Source: Cirrosporium novae-zelandiae
Taxonomy: Eukaryota
Direction: 5' to 3'
DNA: 64,000 bases
Assembly (NCBI GenBank): GCA_026023565.1
Contig: JAPETS010000014.1
Coordinates: 1 to 64,000, forward strand
A program made the translations under genes and the position numbers. The notes beneath the pieces are model-generated. The model had not been told where the DNA came from. It searched no databases and worked only from the letters and a program-made list of their open reading frames with translations. Below, piece after piece: positions 1 through 10,898 of the stretch; the first letter of the stretch is position 1; the number at the start of each line of letters is the position of its first letter.

Positions 1-1008
1 TAGGGAAGGGGGGGGGGGGGGGGGGGGGGGATGAGGGGTGAAGTTGTTGTTTACATTTAACTCAGGGAGGGAGGGAGGGAGAGGGAGGGACCAAACATGA
101 GGGAGGTGTAATATGTTATATAAGATATATTACTAGCTTACTTGCATATTCATTCGCAATCACTTGTAACTTACCCTCTTATATTAGTTAACCCAAGAAA
201 AAGCAGGACCTGATATTAGCTTCGCTCATATTTGATGTTATGATCGATCGATTAACCCTCATATCAAGATGAATGGCCCCCCCCTTTTTTTTTTTTTAAA
301 AAAAAAAACAATAAATATCAAAAAGTTTAGATGTCACTTTCCCCTCAATAATAAAATAAAACCCCCAAAACAACTTAAAATGAGTGAAGTACAGCATTTA
401 GCGTTTATGCATGAAATAATAATTAATTGCAACCCAGCTTAGCAAGTTGTTGTTTCATTGGAGCAAAGGAGAATTTTCAAGTACAGTAATTACTTACTTA
501 GGGTTTCAAGTTAGCGTGTTTTGGCTAATTAGCTTCCTTAGCTACAACGGTAGCTTCTAACAGAAAAAGTCATTTAGGGTCAACAAATTGTGCGAAGAAA
601 GTATAATGATGATGTCATTTATTGCTTGACTTAAAAAAAAAAGAAACGGAGAAGTGATTTTTTTTGGGGGGGGGGGGATTGTGGTCACATTGATTGATTG
701 CGTAAATACATGTATGTACATGTACAGTACAGTGTAAAATGTACACTTGAAAAAATCTATTTGAATGCGTGTCTTTTTTTTGGTGTATTTGGATCAAGAA
801 ACCGGTATCCGTCTATTATACTCCATCTTGTTTATCCTTCTATTCTATGTTGTCCATCACGAGGAAACCATTTGATAAGCTTCATATCTATAATTCTCTT
901 TACGTATCTTGCCGAAAATCAGAGTTGGATAAATGGGGGGGGATAAGCCAAGTCTTTCGACTTATCTTTCCGTTCGATCTTGTCGTGTCCTCGTCTCAGC
1001 CCCCATTT

Positions 1009-1965
1009 TTAGGCGAGGGAGTCGGCCGCTGTAGTACTGGTGTTGACACCCAGGGTAATGTATGCCACCATTCCGTTGGTGACGTCCACCCCATCAAGTG
1101 CCGCGACGCTCATGATAGGGTTGAATCCATTGTCCAACGCACCACCGGTGTAGATGGTATCGACAGAGTTCAGGGTCCTGTTGATCTGGGTGTGGCTGGC
1201 ATAGGGCTGCAGAGCCATGATTTCCTCGGAGAGATCCTCAGCAAAGAATAACTGACCGGTAGAAACGGTTCTGTCATTGGACATGGTGCCGTTGTTTGCG
1301 AGGGTCCAGTTCATGTGTACCTGAACGTGGATGTGGATGGCACGTTCGACGTAGAAGCCTGGGAAAATGGTCTTCATTTCCATCATGCCGTTTTCGTCGG
1401 TAGGCCAGAGGCCTCGGAGCCAGGTGGAGTTTCCGGTGTGGAGATCGTCGGTGATGGTTTTGTTGAGTTCAGTTAGGAGGGTCTCGAAGGGGGTATTGGG
1501 GCTTAGTGCGTCGAAGCTGGAGTATGAGCCCGTAGCATTGCAGTGCCAAAGGTCCACTAGCACGTTCGGAAGAGGCTCGCAGGTATCGATGTCTAGGACG
1601 CCAATGTCAAGGTAGAGGGGTACACCGGTCTGATCCTCCGTCATATCTTGCCGGAGAGTCTGACTTCGATGCCATATGTAGGGCCCTGTGGTAACCTCGG
1701 GGGTTAACACGCAGGTGTCGTTTTGAATGGTGGTGTAATGGTAGTCATCTAGATGGAGGGTGACATTTGTGGAACGAGCGGCTAGAGAACGCTTGGATTT
1801 GTGCGTAGCTATTCGGCGCTCGTTCATCTCACCGGAGCGCTTCGCGCAGCGGTTTGAAGCTGCATGACGCCGGGAGATCTCCGCGTGAGAGAGCTGGCGG
1901 TGGTCATGAGCAGCAACGGTGCTAATGGCGAGGGCCAAAGGGAGAAGGGAGGCGAGAAAATGCAT
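1009..1965 (-). CDS. Secreted intradiol ring-cleavage dioxygenase-like protein (318 aa, intronless)
   Basis: N-terminal signal peptide MHFLASLLPLALAISTVAA. Family motifs CVLTPEVTTGPY, GVPLYLDIGVLD, VDLWHCNATGSYS, WLRGLWPTD, TIFPGFYVERAIHIH and TGQLFF, which include the Tyr/His iron-ligand positions. Confidence 0.9.
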   Translation of the reverse strand: MHFLASLLPLALAISTVAAHDHRQLSHAEISRRHAASNRCAKRSGEMNERRIATHKSKRSLAARSTNVTLHLDDYHYTTIQNDTCVLTPEVTTGPYIWHRSQTLRQDMTEDQTGVPLYLDIGVLDIDTCEPLPNVLVDLWHCNATGSYSSFDALSPNTPFETLLTELNKTITDDLHTGNSTWLRGLWPTDENGMMEMKTIFPGFYVERAIHIHVQVHMNWTLANNGTMSNDRTVSTGQLFFAEDLSEEIMALQPYASHTQINRTLNSVDTIYTGGALDNGFNPIMSVAALDGVDVTNGMVAYITLGVNTSTTAADSLA

Positions 1966-2889
1966 TTTGAGATGTGAGTGGAGTGGAGTGGAGATTGTTC
2001 AAGAACTGAGTGGAGAGTGGAAGTAGGAGCTCTATAGATGAACTTCTAGCGAGATTAGAAGTGATGGGAATAGAAGGAAGAGAGAACGAAGATCATGAGA
2101 GAAGTGCACTATCTTATATGTTGAAGAGACGACGCAATTATTTCTCATCGCCATCACAATTTTCATAATACAGTCTCCGAGCCGCAGATAGTATCCGAAA
2201 TGCTATAGCATGGACTCCACGGCGGTCAAGCGACCAATATTGGCCACGAATACATTTAGAGATTCAAGGCATTTACCAGATAAAGCTGGTAGCTAATCCA
2301 TAAACATTATCCGTTTAGAAAACAGGGCAGGGGAAACAAACACGAACAAGAGCTAATGAAGGGGTAGGCTCTAAATAGGGCTCAAAGAGCAAGGAACAAA
2401 GTTGAATAGAAACAGTCCCCTGGCATTAACTGACCAACAGAATTGCCCTGATTACCAACCTACACCATGGGAGTGGATTATATGAAGCTTCATGTTGAGC
2501 CTCGGTAGCCATGACAGGAGGAAAGGTGGATAGCAAGTTTTGAACGAATACTATGAATTGTAAAGATCTACATCAAATGAAAGGACCATTGGAGGGTTTA
2601 GATTCGCCAAGAGAAAAGAAGAAACAAAAACGTTGATATCAGCATGCATGATATAGATTTATATATGGGGAATCAAAGAGGAGCCACATTATTGGTTCAA
2701 ATACTTGTGGCAGTCGTCGTAAGCGGGCCGGGGGATTCGCGGGTATAACCTGGTTTAGAGTTTGTTCCATAAAAGCATTGAAGAACTTGTAAACAATCAA
2801 TCACTTCCAAAAAGGTAAAGCTAAGCGTAATCAGTTATTATGAAGCTGTGATTGTCTCATTTAATTAATGGATAGAGAAACTCGGTCTG

Positions 2890-3016
2890 CTTTGGATGGT
2901 GACGTGGATGACTTGTGGGGAACAAACTTGCCAAGAAATTAAGAGTTTGCTTTAGGGTTGAGGTCTTCTCAGGGTCAACTTTTTGGTTCCACCTCTCACT
3001 AGTTATCCATCAAAAG
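2890..3016. mobile_element. Degenerate, shortened copy of the TA-flanked MITE family
   Basis: Left end CTTTGGATGG and right end ...ATCCATCAAAAG followed by TA. Internal GAGGTCTTCTCAGGGTCAACTTTTTGGTTC resembles the right arm of the 9848-10028 copy. Confidence 0.5.
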
Positions 3017-3235
3017 TAGAGTAAGGTAAAACCCATTCATTTAGGTAATGACTAGCCTCCTCTTTTTCTCCTTTCTTCAACCTAGGTCCTCTACTAAGTA
3101 TGATACTCGATGAGGCTATGGCAACCAACATTCGTATGCTTAAATCTTTTGAGTATGCTTACAGCAACCCATCAGTTATGATCCAACGTCTTTTCATGAA
3201 CCAAAATACCTAAACATCACCTTTATCAAAGAATC

Positions 3236-5371
3236 TCACACATAATCACTCTTTCCTTGTGCCCTTCTGAGTTCCACCTTTAACCCATTGATCTCCACCC
3301 CCAGCTTCTTAATCTCGTCATTCTTCACTTCCTCGCCGATCAGAACCTGTCTGAGATGCTTTCTTTCCTGTGCCAAGAGAATCTTCAATTGCATCCTAGC
3401 CCTTTCGCTCTTTTTAAGCCGTGCTTCTACTTCTCGTTGATCTTCAATTTCACCAAGATCTTTCCTCTGTAATGCTGTCTGGTAGGTTGCCTGCTCCCCT
3501 CGTTTGCCACCGTATTCTATGTCGCTGAGGTCCATGGTTGTTGGGGTAGGGACTGTTTGAATAAGGCTCCTACTTAAAAATGCAGTACTCAGGTTGTTTT
3601 TGATCGAGTTCGCTTCTTTGCCAGTCTTTGGCTCAATGCCTAGGGGTAATATAAAGATCGTCTTGTCCCCAGGAGAGCCAATGTGAGGAAGTTGATAAAA
3701 CCGACAGGGGAGCTCGATACATGGAATTGCATTCCTGTGCGGCGTGTCATGTCTCGTCGCCTTATGCACTTCCCTCTCGTGTGTCTCGAGACGTTCTTGC
3801 TCATTTTTGAGCAGTCCACTGAGATGTTGATGTAAAGGGACGGTAAGACCCGTCAGCACGTAGTTGTCCTGCGGAAACAGTAGTGGGCGCTGAGAAGGCA
3901 GTAAGGATTGCGATGCCCATGGAGCGAATGCATCATTCTTCAATGCATCTTGTGCGGCCGCTATCTGGACCTCGAGATCCGCGACACGTGTGCTGAGTTG
4001 TGTGAGATATAGGAGCATTTGCGGAAGAATGCCGCTGGTTGCAAAATTCTGCGGTCTCTTACTTGGGTCAGGGACAGTAGACAGCAGCCCACCTGATTCC
4101 GCGTACGCGTGGTCTACGAGTGTGAGAGCCTCGTTTGCATGGAGCATAAGGCGAGCAAGGTGTTCCGAAGGCCAAGACAAAGGATTTCCGGGATCGATAC
4201 AGAGATCTGGATTCAAAATCCTTTCCGAAGATGGATCACTGGGATCTCTGGGAACAGGACGCCGGACGCCGCTGGGATTTAACGCAGATTGATGCAACGG
4301 ACATCCCATTTCTTGATACTCGATATTTCTTTGACGGGTGGTAACTGGGCGGATTCTGTTTACAAACGCCTGGAGTGGAATCTGGTGATCCCATGACTCA
4401 TTTTTGTACTTTTCGTCAAAACTCTCGAGGAAATCGAACGGGGATACGGGAGGGGTGGTTTGAGTGAACGTTTCTTCGTTTCTCGCGGATTCTGGGTTTT
4501 TTCGGTACTTGGAACCAGGGATCTGCAGCTGCGCTATCAGGGCCACAAGACTCTGCGCGTGTTGTTTTAGTTCTTCCAGAGTGGGTGCTTTTTGGCCGGG
4601 GTGAGAGAAGTACGAACAATTTAAATGTTCGAAGACAATACGCTTGAATATACTTGGGACGGCCTTGCCGTCCAAATCGGTGGTGGGAAGCAGGGCAGGG
4701 CACTGATATGCTGGTGCAAACATATTCCATGGTAGGCTGTAGTCCGTAACGTTGGTGGGTGGTCGCTGGGAGCGGAACTCAGGGGGGTCGTTAGCTGGAT
4801 TCGGACGCGGCGAAGGTCTAGGGGGAATATCGGTCTTGGGATTATCGGTATTCGGCTTTCGAGGGAGAGGTCGAGTGTTGGTTGTCCCAGGTCGAGGATT
4901 GACAAAGTCTTCTGTGTCAATGTTGATTGAGGATAAGAATTGGTTGTCATCGTCGACAGAATTCCCTGTAGCTTGGAAATCTATAGGTCTATGAGCCGCA
5001 AAGTAGTAGGGACTTCTTCCGATGAAAGAACCCAGTGCCGGCTGTTCTGGAGAAGAGGATCTCCCCCTGTCGTCATCCCAACCCTCAGTTTGATTGGCAT
5101 TTCCGAATGTTCCAGTCAGTTCCCCTTCTCCTGCCGTTTTATCCTCGATCATTTCAACATCTTCAATATCCCTTTCTTCATCATTGCTGACACCAATGGC
5201 ATTTAAGACTGGGGTAGTGCTCTCCGGGATCTTTGGATCCCATGTCACTTTTTTAGTCAGAGAAGCTACATCTCTCTTTGCCGGAGATGAAAATCTCCTT
5301 TTTCTTGGGCTGCGACGGGGATGTGGATTAAGTGCGATATTTCCGCTGTGTTGGCGCTTCGAAGATACCAT
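3236..5371 (-). CDS. Hypothetical fungal protein (~711 aa): disordered basic/Pro-rich N-terminus, helical core, C-terminal coiled coil
   Basis: Long uninterrupted ORF with first ATG at 5371 (the track start at 5380 is TTG). NLS-like PRRSPRKRR, core HANEALTLVDHAYAESGGLLS..P and a heptad-rich C-terminus. Confidence 0.8.
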   Translation of the reverse strand: MVSSKRQHSGNIALNPHPRRSPRKRRFSSPAKRDVASLTKKVTWDPKIPESTTPVLNAIGVSNDEERDIEDVEMIEDKTAGEGELTGTFGNANQTEGWDDDRGRSSSPEQPALGSFIGRSPYYFAAHRPIDFQATGNSVDDDNQFLSSINIDTEDFVNPRPGTTNTRPLPRKPNTDNPKTDIPPRPSPRPNPANDPPEFRSQRPPTNVTDYSLPWNMFAPAYQCPALLPTTDLDGKAVPSIFKRIVFEHLNCSYFSHPGQKAPTLEELKQHAQSLVALIAQLQIPGSKYRKNPESARNEETFTQTTPPVSPFDFLESFDEKYKNESWDHQIPLQAFVNRIRPVTTRQRNIEYQEMGCPLHQSALNPSGVRRPVPRDPSDPSSERILNPDLCIDPGNPLSWPSEHLARLMLHANEALTLVDHAYAESGGLLSTVPDPSKRPQNFATSGILPQMLLYLTQLSTRVADLEVQIAAAQDALKNDAFAPWASQSLLPSQRPLLFPQDNYVLTGLTVPLHQHLSGLLKNEQERLETHEREVHKATRHDTPHRNAIPCIELPCRFYQLPHIGSPGDKTIFILPLGIEPKTGKEANSIKNNLSTAFLSRSLIQTVPTPTTMDLSDIEYGGKRGEQATYQTALQRKDLGEIEDQREVEARLKKSERARMQLKILLAQERKHLRQVLIGEEVKNDEIKKLGVEINGLKVELRRAQGKSDYV

Positions 5372-5649
5372 AGTTACCAACCAAGCAAGTACTTTGGTAG
5401 TAAACGGCTATGTTAAAAGTAATTAAGACCGAAGAATTATAATAGAAGCGGTTGAAGTTGATGTTGAAAAGAGATTGAAAGGGGAATTTGATTTCAAGTC
5501 GATGTTCAAGGAAATAAAGAACAAAGAACGCTTTATATTGCTCAAAGAATGTAAGAACAGCTTCATTGCCGCAACCGGTTATAAATGAACGCATTCGGCC
5601 AAGGCAAAAAAAGTACTGAATAGAGCATCACAAAATAATATCCATTGCA

Positions 5650-5900
5650 CTTTCGACAGGTAGCAATGAAAGCGACCAGACCCAAAGGTGAAACCAGAAA
5701 GTGGCCTTGGAGGCCTTCAAACGAGGTCAGTTTCCAATGAAAGTTGACTTCACCTGAGAGCCTATCCAAATTCTAAAAAACAAAAATAAATTTTTATTTA
5801 GAAATAATTTAAAGGCAGTTTTTAAAGTGTAAATGTGAAGGATCCTTATTGTCCTGGTTTATCAAAAATTGAGGATCTAAGGCTCTTTGTTTTCTTTGAG
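5650..5900. mobile_element. MITE family copy (good left arm, decayed right arm)
   Basis: CTTTCGACAGGTAGCAATGAAAGCGACCAGACCCAAAGGTGAAACCAGAAAGTGGCCTTGGAGGCCTTCAA aligns by eye with the left arm of the 9848-10028 copy. The right boundary is approximate. Confidence 0.6.
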
Positions 5901-6153
5901 CATTCCTGATATAACACTTCACATATCTCTAGGAGTACATGAAACGCCTTGTCGTAAAATCACTAATATGGAGGTTATCACCAAGAAAGCATCCCGAGCA
6001 TGATTGAAGACGAATATATCTATTCATTACTGCATCTTGCATCGATCCGCACCGGGTCACGAGAACGGTCGAGTTGAAGGAAGTCGAGGCTCTAATAAAA
6101 GAGGAGGGTCGCTTACTGTCGTCGAAGCACGGGGTTGAGCTCGAAGGTATTTG

Positions 6154-6556
6154 TTAGAGGCCGCCACCTATATAGTCATGATTATCAATTGCATATCCCC
6201 ATATTATCTTCCTCTTCCTAGCTCCAAAACTTTTTCCAAACCCCAGTGCCTCTGGACTGCATAATGTGACCGGTGGACTCACCGCTCCTCTCGGGTCCAA
6301 CTCCAAACCCTCCAGTTAGTTCACCTTGTTTCTCTGCGTTCTTCAGGCCTTCTCGTTTCATATTCATGGACCGTGTCTTCAATCCCAGGTATCCACCGAC
6401 GACAGAGAAGAGTGCGAGAGCCGAAATGGTGCGGGTGCTAGGACATTGATAATTAGTGAGAGAAATCGAGGAAGAAAATGTCAATTGTTGGTCATGGGAC
6501 TAGGAGTCGAAAACATACCTGAGAAGTGCGCGACGGGTCGAAGGTGATGGTGGCAT
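6154..6556 (-). CDS. Three-exon microprotein (~68 aa) with one hydrophobic segment and C-terminal RSGGGL
   Basis: Exons 6556-6519, 6437-6283 and 6167-6154, with introns GTATGT..TAG and GTGAGT..TAG and matching phases. Product: MPPSPSTRRALLSTRTISALALFSVVGGYLGLKTRSMNMKREGLKNAEKQGELTGGFGVGPERSGGGL*. Confidence 0.75.
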
Positions 6557-7042
6557 CTTAGCAGGACTATCTATAATCACGAGTCACGACCTTGGGATGA
6601 AATTATAGATGGCGATACCAGTACAACCGGGAATGCTAATTGTTGATTTACATACAACAATGGTCAGTGTCTTTCTCCGGATAGAACTATGAGCACAAGA
6701 AGTCAATTCGCCCATGGCTCTGTTATTACAGTCCTGTGTAATTGAGGGCACGCGATCATTATTGATTGGCTCAGAGGGTCCTCAATGTGAAATAAATGAT
6801 GTCATGGGCCGAACTGTGGTGTTGAGCAAAAAGAATCCCCACATATCCAGTTCGGTTGGGGGACAAGGGGCTTTTGCGGAGAATTTGGCAATATTTAAGT
6901 ACGATTTAGGCCGTATTCGGTATAGGTACTGCCTTATGCGGCTAGGGGGGGTAATTTAAACTTTAAAGATGGGAATGTTTCGCCACAACACCATGGGATT
7001 TGTTGACATGATTTTGCATTCAATGCATATATATCCCCAACG

Positions 7043-7258
7043 CTTTTAACGGGGAGAAATGAAGGCGACCAGACCTAAGCAAAATTTTTTATATAGCATT
7101 CTAGGGCAGCCTTCAAACGAAATTAATTTTTAATGAACGTCAATTTGAACTATGTATAACCTGGTTTTGCTTGAAGCCCCTCTTCGAATATGGTATAGAG
7201 ACGTTATTTAAGTCTGGTCATTTAGGTCTAATCATTTTCATGTCTACCTATCAAGAAG
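7043..7258. mobile_element. MITE family copy with both arms
   Basis: Left arm CTTTTAACGGGGAGAAATGAAGGCGACCAGACC. Right arm ...GGTCTAATCATTTTCATGTCTACCTATCAAGAAG followed by TA, the reverse complement of the family end. Confidence 0.65.
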
Positions 7259-9847
7259 TACCTCACTTTATTTGATAACCTCTACTTCATTTCATATCCA
7301 CCATACAATGCCATACCATATCTCAGAACAATCACCCAAAACCAATAATACCTACAATCACAATCACAATTCTACATACCTCATAACGCCAGTTATAATC
7401 ACCTCTCTATCACCATTGCTAATATAAATCAATCAATCAATCAATCAATCCAAGAACCTCACACGTGCAAGCTACACCACACACACATACCTACATACCT
7501 ACATACATCTATATTACACCACATCCATCACACATGCACACATGCACACACACACGCATCATGCACCCTCCCTTTTTCATCCCACACATATCGACACTAC
7601 ATACAACGGTAACACAACCCCCCCCTTCCTTCCCCTTCCATTCTCCACACAAAGTAGTAGCCACATAAAAATAAACGTCTAGATCATGCTGTACTACCGC
7701 TCGCTTCACTTTTTTTCTTTTCTTCCTTCCTTGCTTCCTTACCTGAGTTGGGCATTTGCTTATTTCCTAGTTGGGATTAGGATTGGGGATTGGGGTGTAC
7801 GACTGTGTGAATTATTAAGGACGGGGTTTTTGGTTGTACTGTAGTGTAGTGTAACTTTTTTCTTTCTTTTTTTGGTAAGGAAAGGTGGGAAGTAGAGATT
7901 CGATAGGTATTGAATGTTTGATGTTTGATATTTGATATGTCCTATATGGTGGCATGGCACTGTGGATGGTAATGGTATTGGGCAATGGTATATTTATCAC
8001 ACATACACACATGGGTAACCTAGATCAGTCATTCATTATATTATTAGGAATTAATTAATAGGGTGTTAGGAATCAGGATCTAGAAGCTCTTAATTATTAC
8101 ATCTTTCTCATCCTCTCATCTTCAAAATACTTAGGACTTAAGTTGAAAGGATATTGGTAAGTGGGTGACTTTGAACTCCCTGAAAACGGCCAAACTTGCC
8201 GAACCACTCACTCCCTACAGAAAAAAGGGAAGAGAAAAAAAAGCAAAGGAAAGGAGTGTATATATTGACTTCCTAACCAACAAGCCAGTTAAACACAACC
8301 TCTCTACTCATCATCCATCTCAAGCCCTACGAAACCTACACCTACCTACCTACCTACCTACCTACACATTTCCCCGATCTCCAAATCCCGATTCCCACCT
8401 CCCACTCCCCCCCCAAAAAACAAATAAAAATAAATTAATAAAGCCACCCAAATATAACCACCCTCTCCACCTCTTCCACACCTTCCTTTTCTTCACGAAC
8501 TCCCCTTCCCTTCACTTTCAAAGTACCTGGATATCTAGGTTTCCAAACGTAGATTGTGGATGTGGATGTGGATGCGGAAACATACATTTCCAATCGATGT
8601 ACCTAGGTACTTAGGAATGATTGCTGCATGTTGCATATTACATGTTTCGGACCCTCCGTTTGGTATACATGTACTATACTCGAGTAATATATAATATGTA
8701 AAGTACAATATGATATAGCTGTTTCGGCACAGGCATAAGTAAGTGCCTAGTGTGCCTAGGTAATAAATATAGCAATTAAAAGGACGGGCTCGGGCCGCGG
8801 TTTAACAAAAAGTTGCCGATGGAGATGGATGGATAGATGTGAGGACCAAATGTTTTGTTTTTTTATATTTGTACATGTACATGTACCTATCTCTTTACAT
8901 ATACCTACCATACCAGACAAGTCAGTCAGTAAGCTCTTATACCCAAGGGGCTAAGCCAGCCAGCTAGCTACTCACCCCATCTCCAATCTCTCTCCATCGC
9001 CTCACCCACTCCGGTTATCGAGGTAAGGGGAATTATATAATATAGATATCTATAATAATTAATGATGCACCTTTCCATCTCATCCCATCCTATTTTATTC
9101 CATCCTATTTGTTCAAACGTTCCATCGTTTATAGAGCCGGACCTTTTTTTTGGCTTTAACTGTATTACTTCTTTTTGTCTTTTTTTTCATTTCCTTTTCG
9201 ATCCTCTTTTACTGTTTTATGGATGGATGACTTTCCGACCTTGTTATTTCTTTTTCCATTACGGTGGAGGTTTTCGTTTTATATATATTTTTTTGGATTG
9301 AAGAAGTGGAGGGGAATGGATTAGAGTGGGGTAATGAGTAGGTGGTGGTGGGGTTGGTTCTGTATCTCAAACCTCCATGCTACACAACAAACCACCACCA
9401 TCATCATCACCATCAAGCCCTCCATCCACCACCTATCGCCTATCCAAGAAATCAAAAAAATCTGTTTGATAAAATAAATAATAAGTAATAAACAACCCCC
9501 ACCTTCTCTTTACTCAATCAACTGCAGAATCTGAAACGCACAAAAAAGAAAAAAAAATCGGGGAGTCCGAGATTCAATTTTTTTTTCTTGTACAACGGGA
9601 TCGGTGAATCGAATGGTAGAGGGGATAGGGTGGGGGCGGGGGGGGAGAGAGAGAGGGGCACAAATTGTGATGTGTTTCAGGTCCTTGGGGGTTCAAGAAA
9701 GAGAGAGAGAGAGAAAGAGAGAGTTTCTTTTTTTTTGGTGAGCAGTTAGTGAGGTTGGTGAGGTCTTAAATAGATATAGTTGAGAAAAAAGAAAAGGACG
9801 GGGGTTATCTTCAGTTGCAGTCTTTGGGTCCTTTTCTTTTGTGTCTA

Positions 9848-10028
9848 CTTCTGACGGGTAGAAATGAAGGCGACCAAACCCAAAGACAGAACCAGAATAA
9901 TGTGACCTTATGGAGGCCTTCAATTGAGTTGTTATTAAAAACTGATTTTGTTGGAAGGCCTCCCCAAGGTCACTTTTTTAGGTTCGTTTTTTGGGGGTCT
10001 GGTCGCGTTCATTTCCATCTGTCAAAAG
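9848..10028. mobile_element. 181-bp non-autonomous TIR element (MITE) with TA flanks; best-preserved copy
   Basis: TA|CTTCTGACGGGTAGAAATGAAGGCGACCAAACCC...GTGACCTTATGGAGGCCTTCAA and the inverted TTGGAAGGCCTCCCCAAGGTCAC...GGGTCTGGTCGCGTTCATTTCCATCTGTCAAAAG|TA form imperfect inverted arms of about 75 bp. Confidence 0.8.
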
Positions 10029-10801
10029 TATTCGAGTCAACTATTATTATTACCTGTTAGAAAAACAACAAATCACAACAAAATTAGTGATTAAATTATT
10101 ATTATCAAATACATCAAGTTAATCAATCACTTACCTAGGTACCTACCTACCCATCTATGTCCCTCAAATCCCCCAAACCCCAAACCCCCAAACGACCCCC
10201 ACGACTTAAAAAGAAATCTAACTAAAACCAATCCCCTCCGCTCTCAAAAAAAGGGAAGAAAAAGCATTCCGTAACCACCTCCCCAAAAGAGTAAAAAACT
10301 AAAAAAGTCAAAAAAACCAAAAAAAAAACCTGATCGTCACCCAATCCGAATCCGGTAAATGGTTCAAAAGGCCAAGGATAAAAAAAAAATGTAGATCGAA
10401 GCCATCGAGCCGGGCCGTTCGGCTAAGTACCCTTTAGCTATTCTATTCGAGGGTAAGATGGTTGTTTTCATGATTGACTGAGAGGTTTTGGATTTGTGCT
10501 GGAGATACGTTTGGGGGTGAGTGGTTGGCTAATTTGGAATTTTAGGTTGGAGCCGAAAAGGGGGGGCTTGCTTTAGGTGGAAAGTATAATAGATCTGGTT
10601 TAGTTTATGTGAAGGTGATTTGATTGATTGATTGACTGATTGACTGATTTTTGACGATGTTCAGAAGAATTGCGACAGACAGAATTGGGATGCCGTAGTT
10701 TAGTTCGCTAGTTGGCTGGCCTAGAGTCGATGGTTAGTTGGTTAGTTACCCAGGTAGTTTCTTTCTATTCCTATTTTGAGGGATCATTAGAAGACTGGAC
10801 T

Positions 10802-10898
10802 GGTCTGATGAAGAAGTGAACCAAAACTAGCGCTTCTTATCTCAACTCTGAAAGATGATGAAACTGAGACTGTGAGAAATTTCAAATCATTCTGAGCC
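10802..10898 (+). ncRNA. Candidate box C/D snoRNA (target not identified)
   Basis: C box TGATGA at 10806-10811, D' CTGA at 10848-10851, C' ATGATGA at 10855-10861 and D CTGA at 10892-10895. Short terminal stem GGT/GCC; length about 97 nt. Confidence 0.55.

Noticed and set aside
1..100. G-rich start of the window as a telomere
   Set aside because: It is a poly-G and purine run, not a (TTAGGG)n array.
769..1615. Plus-strand ORFs overlapping the dioxygenase, and similar antisense ORFs within other genes
   Set aside because: They are antisense shadows of real coding sequences.
7465..9923. Several 60-150 aa ORFs
   Set aside because: They derive from microsatellite and homopolymer DNA or the MITE, mostly lack ATG starts and show no domain signal.
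10805..10870. CTGATGA...GAAAC resembling a hammerhead ribozyme core
   Set aside because: The possible stem II (AGAAGTG/CGCTTCT) is not followed directly by GAAA, and stems I and III cannot be formed. A C/D box layout fits better.
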